Source of the DNA: a virus
Direction: 5' to 3' (one strand)
Length of the DNA: 64,000 nucleotides
IMG/VR virus record: IMGVR_UViG_3300023179_000017
Span: 24,711-88,710 of that record
The position numbers and the translations under genes were made by a program. This document shows positions 18,134-27,287 of this stretch, in pieces. Positions within the stretch are counted from its first letter, which is position 1. Every line of letters starts with the position of its first letter. The notes under the pieces are model-generated. The model worked only from the letters and a program-made list of their open reading frames with translations. It had not been told where the DNA came from and made no database searches.

Positions 18134-18845
18134 AGCCTTCTGCCAAATGCTCGACAGAGTAGAACTTAAGGCCATTTCTAAACATCTCCATAGATAAGGA
18201 CAGTGATCCACCAGGGCCAGTCTTTCCACCTCTTGGAAACACAGGACCACCCGAAACTTCGTGGTGTCCAAAAATGTTTTCTATTTTAAACCTATCGTGC
18301 GGGTCGTTTGCTTGAAGCCAAACTAAAAGCGACCAGAGCGCTCTTTCTTGTTCGATACTAAACGTATGATAGTAGCCAGGCTCACATCCGTAAGAGCCTT
18401 CTACTTTTCTAACTTCATACTGGGGAACGATAATTCCGTTTTTATTTTTATAAAGGCCATTTCGGTGCGGCTCTACTTTTCCTGCCCCACAAAGAGATAT
18501 CCCGATGAGTTTTGAAGAGAGGCTCTTTCCTAACGACGGCCAGTAGCTTTGGCCGGCATGATATCCCCATTCATTTAAAGAGTGGGCTTGGACGAGTTTA
18601 CCGTCCCTACTAATACACAAGAACGTATACTCATCAGATATACCAGCTTGCACAGCGTCGAGAGCGTCTTGAAGACCTTTCTGGCTTGAGCCTCCGGTTG
18701 CGTGAATAATAGCCCCTGCCGGATATCCGTCGGCGTAAAGTCCGCGGGTCGGCATTGTTTCACGTGGAACAATGGCTTTAGGGTGCCACAAAAACAAGTG
18801 CCCAGGCTCATCATCCGTAGGTCGATGCTTTTCTTTTTTCGACAT
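18114..18845 (-). CDS. N-acetylmuramoyl-L-alanine amidase (Amidase_2) fold, third Zn ligand apparently lost
   Basis: AIIHATGG, YTFLCISRDG, GYHAG, IGISL, IFGHHEV; KTGPG in place of KxDPG/KxCPG. Confidence 0.75.
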   Translation of the reverse strand: MSKKEKHRPTDDEPGHLFLWHPKAIVPRETMPTRGLYADGYPAGAIIHATGGSSQKGLQDALDAVQAGISDEYTFLCISRDGKLVQAHSLNEWGYHAGQSYWPSLGKSLSSKLIGISLCGAGKVEPHRNGLYKNKNGIIVPQYEVRKVEGSYGCEPGYYHTFSIEQERALWSLLVWLQANDPHDRFKIENIFGHHEVSGGPVFPRGGKTGPGGSLSLSMEMFRNGLKFYSVEHLAEGFNGFEN

Positions 18846-18871
18846 AGTTTAAAAAATTAAACTAGCGCGAA

Positions 18872-19909
18872 CTAACCCCACATTTTTTGTAAGATATCTT
18901 TTCGAAGAACGTTTACTTTTTCTAAGGTCAGGGTGTCTTGAACAAATTCCCAGCCCTCTTGGGCAAGTTTTAAGGTGTCTACTTCACCTCGCATAACTAA
19001 ATCGAGTTTATCCGCAAAGTCTTTTTGGTCCTTGTAGTTGATAATACCAGGCCTTCGCCACTCTTCCCAATCTGGACCCAAACACGCAGCGCCCGCATGA
19101 ATGCCCTCAATCCAAGCAATGTTGGACTTAGAGTGGTTGAATGGACAATTCCAAAGGGGAACAAACACCAGGCTCGGATTAAAATTATTAAGGGCTTTCC
19201 AATAATCAACGGGATCTAGTGGATTGGTAAGCTTTAACTGTTCTATACTAAATCCCTCAATCGACAACATTTGTTCGACAGTGTACCAAAAGTGATGGCC
19301 CACAAAATTAATCGACCAATCTTTGAAGTGTCTGGCATAGGCGTGCTTTAAAGCTGCCGTATATACCCACAAATCTTTGTCATGCGTGTTGCTGCCTCGC
19401 CACAAAATCATCTTATTTTGTTTAGTTGTTGGGGTTCTGCCCACCGCAAAGGCTTGATTATAGGCATTTGGAATTACTTGTATTTTGTCCGGGTTTGAAC
19501 TGCTTTTAATCTGGTTTAACACCCAGCGCATTCTATTTGCAAGCGCTGCAGTAGAAACCGAGACATGGTCTGCCGTATCAATCATCCGTCCCACAAGTTG
19601 TCTTACCGAAGATTGCGAATAAAGCTTAAAAGCCCTATTTTCAAAGGGAACTGCAAACAGGTCGTCATCGTAATCAATCCAAACCTTTTTCCCATTAGCT
19701 TTTGCCATATTCATGATGTTTAGGTGCGCCCCCGAATAGGGGCGCTGCATAAAGATTGCGTCCACATAAGAAAGCTTCACCCAATCAATCGAATCTCCCT
19801 TTTCCATATAAAAGTCACATTCTTTCATTAAAGGAGAAAGAGGGCCGAAAGCTCTATAAAACGAGGTTGAATCAGTCGGGTGCGGGGCAAAAACTAGAAG
19901 GGTTTTCAT
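18872..19909 (-). CDS. GT-B (GT4-like) glycosyltransferase
   Basis: FYRAFGPL, IFMQRP, WIDYDDDLF, VSVSTAAL, VIPNA, ILWRGS, FNHSKSNIAWIE; start set at MKTLL. Confidence 0.75.
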   Translation of the reverse strand: MKTLLVFAPHPTDSTSFYRAFGPLSPLMKECDFYMEKGDSIDWVKLSYVDAIFMQRPYSGAHLNIMNMAKANGKKVWIDYDDDLFAVPFENRAFKLYSQSSVRQLVGRMIDTADHVSVSTAALANRMRWVLNQIKSSSNPDKIQVIPNAYNQAFAVGRTPTTKQNKMILWRGSNTHDKDLWVYTAALKHAYARHFKDWSINFVGHHFWYTVEQMLSIEGFSIEQLKLTNPLDPVDYWKALNNFNPSLVFVPLWNCPFNHSKSNIAWIEGIHAGAACLGPDWEEWRRPGIINYKDQKDFADKLDLVMRGEVDTLKLAQEGWEFVQDTLTLEKVNVLRKDILQKMWG

Positions 19910-19946
19910 GGTTTTTATTATATCATTTCTTAGATACAATACCTCT
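19910..19946. promoter_or_regulatory. back-to-back promoters for two apparently leaderless genes
   Basis: minus strand TGATATAAT (19925-19917) 7 nt before ATG 19909; plus strand TACAAT (19935-19940) 6 nt before ATG 19947; no SD on either side. Confidence 0.6.
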
Positions 19947-22310
19947 ATGCCAAAAACGCAAATTCAAAGCACGCAAGAAGTAAATGATGCGGAACTCCCT
20001 AGACTGGGTCTTGCGGCTAGATCCACTGACGCAGATATCGAAGGCCTAACCGATCAGGAGCTTGATTTCCCTTTAAGACTCTCGGCAGCCTTTCCAACTG
20101 CAAATTCAAGACTTTATATTAGAAGCTCTCTAATTGCCTCTGCTGACGGCTCTAAAAAAAGTGCGCCCCCCATCGCTTCTCAGATTTTTGATATCGCTGA
20201 CTCCTATATTGACTTTCAAACCAAAACCACAAGCGGGCCCATTTTAATTACCTGGCCGACGGTTACAAGCGGCCAATACATTAAAGCAGGCCTTACCCTC
20301 CTACCTAGCGGATTCATTCAAGTTATTTTTAGCCCCAGCGGTGCTACGAACTCCAGCACCTTACCAGCCAACCCAGGGACGTTATTTATTAACGGCGGTC
20401 AGCCTATTGGTTGGGTCAACCTGCAATCTACAGGAAGCGGATTTAAAACCGCCGATTCCGTTACCAATATTATTGAAGCAAGCGGCATCAACCGATTTGG
20501 AGTAGGCGGCGCACCTTCCGCCTCTGGCAACGCCAACGAAGTTCTTGAGAGATTAAAAGACTGGCACTTAAGTAGCGTTTATTCGTGGATGGATACCAAT
20601 GTCTTTTCTATCGATACCATCACTAAAGTAGATTCGGGAACTGCTACTTATGATGTCGCTTCTCAGAGCTACAAATTTCAAGCAGGACAAACCTTAATTT
20701 CTAAAAACTGCCTTGATGAAGATTTTAAATCAGAAGGCGTTGAAGTTCTTCAAGCAGAAGTCAGCGTTGTAAGAGACACAGCGCTTTCATCAGATAAAGT
20801 TGAGCTTTCAAGAGACGGTGTCAACTACGTGACGGTCACAACGTCCAAAGTTGGAAATGATACCCTTGTTGGCAACGCCACTTTTTCTGATCCAACTTAT
20901 CCTGAACAGCTTGTTGCAAATACCTCAAACAATATCAACCAAGCTTACACTTCTTTTAAAGTTACGTTTTCAAATCAAACGGTAAGTTCGATTGGTCTTT
21001 TCATGTACAGACTTGGAACACCGGCGGGTACACTCACTTTGCAAATCCGACCCGATAACGCTGGCGTTCCCTCAAATACTATTACTGCCACTTCTGCTGG
21101 CGTTTCAGCAGCCACACTTACCACTGGCTTAACTAGGTTTTCTTTTTCTGATGTTGCTCTAAACGGTGTCTATCATTTAATTTTGGTTGCAGATAATCAG
21201 TACTTAAATTCTGTAGTGCTTGGAACCACCAACGTAGGTTTGATGTCGAGCTCCTTAAGTTCTGGCATCTCTGGCACAAGCTCCAACGGAACGACTTGGG
21301 TTTCTGGCACCTTAGCTTATTCCTTCTCGGTAATGCCAAAACCAGAACTCTCTCAGTACCTAAATGAGAGCACAGTCTACAAACTTTTAGGCTCTGGTTC
21401 AGGCACAATTCGAGCACAGCAATTTACTATCACAGAAGCCATGGCGGTCGAGTATGTGACCTTAAGAACTACTCGGGCGGGAAGTGCAAACGGAAGCCTC
21501 TATGCTACGCTTGTTAAATCTGTTTCTAATAATCCTTCAAGCTCAAGCTTAGATATCTTATCTACTACTAGCTCTCGTCCTATCGCAAACAATGTAATGA
21601 ACTTATCGTTCCCCTCTCCGGTTCTTCTAACCCCGGGAAGTTACTTTTTAGTTTTCTATACAGATGCCACTTATAAAACAAATTTTAATACCAACACCAA
21701 CTACCTAGGGCTTTTAGGAAACTCGGTTGCTATAGCTGGGGTGGGGCTTGGAAAAGAAAGCACTACCGGAGATAGCTGGACGACGGTGCCGCCTCTTAGT
21801 TATTCCCTAGTTGGATACAAAAGAGATTTAAGAGTGAGAATCACCGCTAACGAAGGTGCGGTATTAGGATACGGGGTTCTTTACGGAGCAAAGACAGGTC
21901 TTGTGACCGGCGTCTTAAATAAAGAAACTCAGTGGGCCTCGATTAACCAAACGACATTTACTGTCAGTAAGTTCCTGCCCAGTTCCGATTTATTAAAAGT
22001 CTACGACACAAGCGGTCGATGTTTTGTATCTCCATTTTTTACTATTCAAGGACAACAGGTTATATTTCCAGCAGGTACTTTTACAGTAGCTGGTCCTATT
22101 GTATTTGACCAAACACAAGGAAGTAGTTTCGATAATTCCGATAGAAACGCTTCCTTACTAGCTGCTAATTTCTTAGGCTCGTTAGATGGAAACATCGACA
22201 AGTCAGCTCCTGGACGGGGTATTCTATTAAGAGACCCCACAGGTCAGCTTTATGAAATCACAGTAAGAACTGGCGGAACAGGTTTTGATATCTACATGGT
22301 GACAGCGTGA
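19947..22310 (+). CDS. virion structural (tail/fibre-associated) protein
   Basis: Ser/Thr/Gly-rich beta protein with two similar modules (GTPAGTLTLQIRPDNAGVPS / GSANGSLYATLVKSVSNNPS); coupled to the collar genes. Confidence 0.65.
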   Translation: MPKTQIQSTQEVNDAELPRLGLAARSTDADIEGLTDQELDFPLRLSAAFPTANSRLYIRSSLIASADGSKKSAPPIASQIFDIADSYIDFQTKTTSGPILITWPTVTSGQYIKAGLTLLPSGFIQVIFSPSGATNSSTLPANPGTLFINGGQPIGWVNLQSTGSGFKTADSVTNIIEASGINRFGVGGAPSASGNANEVLERLKDWHLSSVYSWMDTNVFSIDTITKVDSGTATYDVASQSYKFQAGQTLISKNCLDEDFKSEGVEVLQAEVSVVRDTALSSDKVELSRDGVNYVTVTTSKVGNDTLVGNATFSDPTYPEQLVANTSNNINQAYTSFKVTFSNQTVSSIGLFMYRLGTPAGTLTLQIRPDNAGVPSNTITATSAGVSAATLTTGLTRFSFSDVALNGVYHLILVADNQYLNSVVLGTTNVGLMSSSLSSGISGTSSNGTTWVSGTLAYSFSVMPKPELSQYLNESTVYKLLGSGSGTIRAQQFTITEAMAVEYVTLRTTRAGSANGSLYATLVKSVSNNPSSSSLDILSTTSSRPIANNVMNLSFPSPVLLTPGSYFLVFYTDATYKTNFNTNTNYLGLLGNSVAIAGVGLGKESTTGDSWTTVPPLSYSLVGYKRDLRVRITANEGAVLGYGVLYGAKTGLVTGVLNKETQWASINQTTFTVSKFLPSSDLLKVYDTSGRCFVSPFFTIQGQQVIFPAGTFTVAGPIVFDQTQGSSFDNSDRNASLLAANFLGSLDGNIDKSAPGRGILLRDPTGQLYEITVRTGGTGFDIYMVTA

Positions 22311-25123
22311 TCATTTCTAAAGGCAAACAAAGTTATAAAAAGAAAGACACCGATACCCAGCTTCCTATTGCAGTCGGTGCTACAAGAATTTCTTTTATGC
22401 ATCTAGCAATGGGTGGTGAGACAAGTCTCGACCTCTATGCTTTGTCCGCTCCCACAAGTGCTGTCAATTTAGGCTTTGTACAACCGGGGGTGCAAACCCT
22501 TCTTGCAGCCAACATCTATCAAAATAGAAACAATTTAAACTTAACTAGAAACTCAACGCCGCTTGTTCCTTTTGTAGATTACGTTGTTTTATCTAACTCT
22601 AAGATTTCTTTTCTTTCTTTTACAGCAGCCCCAGGCGATGTTTTTTATGGCTCGATTACTCCGATTGTCGCTTCAGGTCTTAATGTTGTAAGCGGCCAAG
22701 TTATCAACACAACAGGAACCCTTGCAGTCGGCGCTACCGAGTTTACGGTGTCAGTTCCTTTTGAAACTAATAAATACCCAGGCTCTCAAATTGGGGCGGT
22801 CCTTGTATATCGAGACGGCGTTCTTCAAATGAGAAACACTGGGAACGTGACAGCAGATCCATCCGCAGATGGTAACTATCAAGAAGTGCCTGGCGCAAAT
22901 GGGATGAGTACGGTTATTAAATTTAATAGCCCGTCTGTCATTAGCTCCTCTGCTATCATCGTGATTAGTAATGGGCTTTTAGTAAATAATCCAACCGACT
23001 CTTTGCAATCTCAAATTGAATCTATCAGTAACGTTGCTAATAACGCCTACAACGAGGCGATGAGCGTTGATACGAATCAAATAGTAGATTCAGCCGTCAC
23101 AGAACCAAAGATTGCCGCAGACTCTGTCACTACCACAAAGATTAAAGACTTAAACGTTACGGGAGCTAAGCTTAAAGATGCGAGCGTTTCTTATGCAAAG
23201 CTTGCAAGTGACGTAACAAACAAATTTGTCGCAAGCTACATCGCAAACGGAAGTGCCGAAGTAGATACAGCCGGATGGCTTACTTACAATGATGGCGGAG
23301 CCACTCCTACCGATGGTATTGGCGGGTCTCCACAAACAAATCTGTGGATTAGAAACACCTCCTCTCCTTTAAGAGGAGCAGCAAGTTTTAATCTTTCAAA
23401 AACAGGAAGTGCCTCTCGTATTGGGCAAGGAGTTGCTTACGACTTTACGATTGAAAAAGCCGACCAAGCAAAAGTTTTATCTATTAGCTTTGATTATGAA
23501 GTATTAACCGGAACCTACGCGAATAACGACATTGCTGTTTGGGTTTATGACAAAACAAACTTGGCGATGATTCAACCTGCCGGCTATCAACTAAAAAACG
23601 TTGCAATAGGAACAAGAAATAAATTCATTGCGACTTTTCAGACGGCTTTTAATTCCACAAGCTACCGCCTTTGCCTCCATATCGCTTCTAACAGCGCTTT
23701 AGACTACAGTTTAGGAATAGACAACGTTATTGTTAGTCAACAAAATGTAATAGTAGGTGAAATTAAAAATCCAGTAGGAACTATTATATCGTTTGGTAGT
23801 TTAACACCGCCTCGTGGTTATTTGTATTGCGATGGCTCGGCAATATCTAGGTCGCAATTTTCGGATCTTTTTTCCGCCATAGGAACTACTTATGGTAGTG
23901 GAGATGGTTCAACTACTTTTAATATACCTGATTTAAGAGGGATATTTGCTAGAGGTGCCGGCACACAAACCATTAACGGAATTACCTACTCACGATCACT
24001 CGATGGTACAAAACAAGGAGACCAATATCAAGGCCACACTCACGGCGTTGGGTCAACCATCTCTGGCTCAGGGGGGATAGTTTATTTACAACCTCCCGGA
24101 TTAAGTAACGATCAGCCAGGTGGTTACGTTACTAAAGGAAATTTTAATGATGGCACAAATGGCACTCCTAGAACAGGCTCAGAAACCAGACCTGCTAACC
24201 AAGCTGTTGCTTATCATATTTGTTTTTCCTCTGGTAATGTTCAGCTAAGTGATTCGACGGATACGAGAGTCGTGGCTGCTCATGTGCACACTACTTCTGC
24301 ACAAACCGTATCGAATAGCGTATATACTAAATTCGTACCCACCAACATCGAGTATGATACGCACGGGGCATTCTCTATCGCCAATAGCCGATATATCTGC
24401 CCTGTTCCTGGATTTTACAGAATTACTGGCGCAGTAAGCTTTAATGCAAGTCCTATTGGGATTCGCTCTTTAGCTTTATATCAAAACGGGTCTATTAAAA
24501 AAACAATGGGAGAGATATGCCCCAGCAGTAACAATACAACCGCTGTGTCTGGAGCTACTGTCGTTTATTGTAATGCCGGAGATTATTTAGAAGCCTTTAT
24601 ATGGCAGGGTAGCGGATCAAACTTAAACACCTATGCTGGTCAATCCTCGTCTTGGCTGTCTTTTGAACGCTTGTCTGGCCCATCAACGATTGCTGCGAGT
24701 GAGACGGTGGCGATGAGCTGCATGAAAACCGCCACTCAGTCAATAGGCCCTGGCGGAACTGTCATTATTTTAAATTGGGATTCTCCGATGGTTGATACCC
24801 ACGGTGCTTTCGTTAACTCGACAGGTGTGTATACAGTGCCGGTTAGTGGAATCTACGACATGTACGCGTTCATAATGTACAGCCCCTTCGCTGCCACCGC
24901 CAGTGCCGAAATGTATATTATGGTAGACGGGTCGGCAGTCGCTTACGATTCGGATTCCAAAAACACAAACGGAAGCTCTACTTTTTGGTGTACCAAAGCA
25001 CAAGCTACACTGAGGTTAGTAGCCGGCCAGAAAATAAACGTGGTTGTACAGCAAAATAGCGGCGCCTCTCGCAGCACTTACAACGCCTATAACACCCTCC
25101 AGATAAAACGAATTGGTAACTAA
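22307..25123 (+). CDS. tail fibre protein with tail-collar domain and two C1q-like domains
   Basis: GTIISFGSLTPPRGYLYCDGSAISRSQFSDLFSAIGTTYGSGDGSTTFNIPDLRG collar motif; DTHGAF...GFYRI C1q-like repeats. Confidence 0.8.
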   Translation: MIISKGKQSYKKKDTDTQLPIAVGATRISFMHLAMGGETSLDLYALSAPTSAVNLGFVQPGVQTLLAANIYQNRNNLNLTRNSTPLVPFVDYVVLSNSKISFLSFTAAPGDVFYGSITPIVASGLNVVSGQVINTTGTLAVGATEFTVSVPFETNKYPGSQIGAVLVYRDGVLQMRNTGNVTADPSADGNYQEVPGANGMSTVIKFNSPSVISSSAIIVISNGLLVNNPTDSLQSQIESISNVANNAYNEAMSVDTNQIVDSAVTEPKIAADSVTTTKIKDLNVTGAKLKDASVSYAKLASDVTNKFVASYIANGSAEVDTAGWLTYNDGGATPTDGIGGSPQTNLWIRNTSSPLRGAASFNLSKTGSASRIGQGVAYDFTIEKADQAKVLSISFDYEVLTGTYANNDIAVWVYDKTNLAMIQPAGYQLKNVAIGTRNKFIATFQTAFNSTSYRLCLHIASNSALDYSLGIDNVIVSQQNVIVGEIKNPVGTIISFGSLTPPRGYLYCDGSAISRSQFSDLFSAIGTTYGSGDGSTTFNIPDLRGIFARGAGTQTINGITYSRSLDGTKQGDQYQGHTHGVGSTISGSGGIVYLQPPGLSNDQPGGYVTKGNFNDGTNGTPRTGSETRPANQAVAYHICFSSGNVQLSDSTDTRVVAAHVHTTSAQTVSNSVYTKFVPTNIEYDTHGAFSIANSRYICPVPGFYRITGAVSFNASPIGIRSLALYQNGSIKKTMGEICPSSNNTTAVSGATVVYCNAGDYLEAFIWQGSGSNLNTYAGQSSSWLSFERLSGPSTIAASETVAMSCMKTATQSIGPGGTVIILNWDSPMVDTHGAFVNSTGVYTVPVSGIYDMYAFIMYSPFAATASAEMYIMVDGSAVAYDSDSKNTNGSSTFWCTKAQATLRLVAGQKINVVVQQNSGASRSTYNAYNTLQIKRIGN

Positions 25124-25125
25124 CT

Positions 25126-27285
25126 ATGCCAAAAACACCAGACATAAATACGATTATCAATCCGGTCGTAGATAACACCACGCTTGAGCTCAGCGCCCAA
25201 ACGATTAAAGTTAAAGACCAGGGGATTAGCGGCGATAAGATTCAAGACAACATTATTAGTACCAATAAGCTTAGTAGCGACGTTAGGGATCTCATTCTTC
25301 CTGGCTACGTCAGTAACGGAAGTGCGGACGCGGATACTTCTTTGTGGAATGTCTACCGAGGTGCTGCGACGGATGCAGCTCCTTCAAGCGGGTCTGGGAA
25401 TAGCCCTACTCCTACGGTAACCTGGACAAGAACAACGACAAATCCTCTTCGAGGACAAGGAAGCTTTTTATTTACAAAAACGGCTATCGATTCTCGTGGA
25501 CAAGGAGTCGCTTACGATTTCACGGTTGAGAAAGCAGACCTTGGAAAAGTTTTAAGTATTACCTTTGATTATGAAGTCAGGTCTGCTGTTGGAACCTCTG
25601 GTTACGAAACTGGAGATTTAATCGTATATATCATTCAAAACCCAACTGGCACATCAGTTCAAATTCAGCCGACTGGATACCAAATTGTAAGTGGCTCGAT
25701 AAGAATGCAGCACATCGCCACTTTTCAAACCGACTCTTCTATCCAGACGTATCGGCTTTGTATCCATGTTGCCACCCAAAAAACGGCTATCTACTCTTTA
25801 GCTTTTGACAAAGTAAGAATCGAACCACAAAAAGCGGTTGTTGCTCCGGGTGGGTTTGTAGGGGAGATTATTGCTTTCGGAAGTAAAACTTCTCCCCCAG
25901 GTTTTTTGTACTGTGATGGAAGCCCAGTTCTTATTTCTCAGTATCAAGATCTTTACAATGTCGTCGGACAAAGTTTTGGAGACGGTACTAAAAAAGCTGA
26001 CGGCACTTCTTCTGGATATACTTCAAGCCAAGCTTTTAATCTTCCCAACTTGTGCGGCGTGTTTTTGCGCGGCTCTGATAGCCGAAACATCACAGTCGGA
26101 AGCACAACGCTTACTTATGCTGGCGGGAATGTGGGTCGAGAACAGCAGGATCAAACCCAAGGACATAAACACAACTATACCGATCCAACTATTCCGATGG
26201 TCGCTGGATCTTTAATTGGTGTGGTTTATGATGGAACTGGAAACACAGCAGAATATGTTGCTGGTAATGCGGGTACTACCACAAACCCAATAACCGATGG
26301 CACCAACGGCACACCACGCACCGGCACTCAAACCCACCCAGCTAACGTCACCGTCGCCTATCACATTCGATTCAGGTCTACCTTTGTTATGTCTAGTGAG
26401 GCGGATACGAGGGTTGTGGCTTTTCAGTCTAGCCTTCTTAACACCGTATCTTGTACCGGGAACAGCTTGGGAACACCTGTAAAAGTCAACGGAATAACAT
26501 CCACACTAGATACGCATGGACAATGGTCAAACGCAAACAATAGATACACCATAAGCGTTCCTGGTATTTATCAAATCAACGCTTCTGTATCAACAGATGT
26601 GCAAGTGGCCACGAAACAGTTATATATTACTAAAAATGGCACAACGGTAAATTTGGGGGAGATGACCCAAGCCTACGCACAATTATCTCCCACAGCAATC
26701 GTCAGTTGTGTGGCTGGTGATCAGATAGAGTTTTATTTAGCGTGTTCCGGAGTAGCGGCCAACTGGACTTGGCGTGGAGCCTCCATTCAAAGAATTTCTG
26801 GTCCAACAGCGATTGCTGCGAGTGAGAAGATAGCGGCTAGATACAAGGCGGTTTCAACAAGCACTACTTGCGCCACCGGGTCTTTTACAAATATTAACTT
26901 TAACACCAAAGACATCGACACCCACAACGCTGTTACAACGGGTTCCGGGGTTTGGAAATTTACTGCGCCCGCAGTCGGCATTTACCGAGTTTCTGCTTTA
27001 GTAACTATGACAACCGCGGATTATAATGGGAGCTCCGGGTTTTATTGCACCCTATACAAAACAAGCAGCGGGGTTGCTACACAATACTGTGATGGAAAAA
27101 GAGACTTCGACCAAAGCACAGGCATTCCCTGGACCCCATCTTCTTCACTGGATACGTTGGTGAATCTGTTAGCTGGAGAATCTATTGATATTAGAATGTT
27201 TCAGGGGTCGGGTAGCAACGCCACTACTCTTAACGACACTAATGGGTGGTCTACCTATGTAGCGATTGAAAGAATCGGGAACTAA
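25126..27285 (+). CDS. tail fibre paralog (collar plus two C1q-like domains)
   Basis: GEIIAFGSKTSPPGFLYCDG...FNLPNLCGVFLRG; shares modules with 22307..25123. Confidence 0.8.
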   Translation: MPKTPDINTIINPVVDNTTLELSAQTIKVKDQGISGDKIQDNIISTNKLSSDVRDLILPGYVSNGSADADTSLWNVYRGAATDAAPSSGSGNSPTPTVTWTRTTTNPLRGQGSFLFTKTAIDSRGQGVAYDFTVEKADLGKVLSITFDYEVRSAVGTSGYETGDLIVYIIQNPTGTSVQIQPTGYQIVSGSIRMQHIATFQTDSSIQTYRLCIHVATQKTAIYSLAFDKVRIEPQKAVVAPGGFVGEIIAFGSKTSPPGFLYCDGSPVLISQYQDLYNVVGQSFGDGTKKADGTSSGYTSSQAFNLPNLCGVFLRGSDSRNITVGSTTLTYAGGNVGREQQDQTQGHKHNYTDPTIPMVAGSLIGVVYDGTGNTAEYVAGNAGTTTNPITDGTNGTPRTGTQTHPANVTVAYHIRFRSTFVMSSEADTRVVAFQSSLLNTVSCTGNSLGTPVKVNGITSTLDTHGQWSNANNRYTISVPGIYQINASVSTDVQVATKQLYITKNGTTVNLGEMTQAYAQLSPTAIVSCVAGDQIEFYLACSGVAANWTWRGASIQRISGPTAIAASEKIAARYKAVSTSTTCATGSFTNINFNTKDIDTHNAVTTGSGVWKFTAPAVGIYRVSALVTMTTADYNGSSGFYCTLYKTSSGVATQYCDGKRDFDQSTGIPWTPSSSLDTLVNLLAGESIDIRMFQGSGSNATTLNDTNGWSTYVAIERIGN

Positions 27286-27287
27286 CT

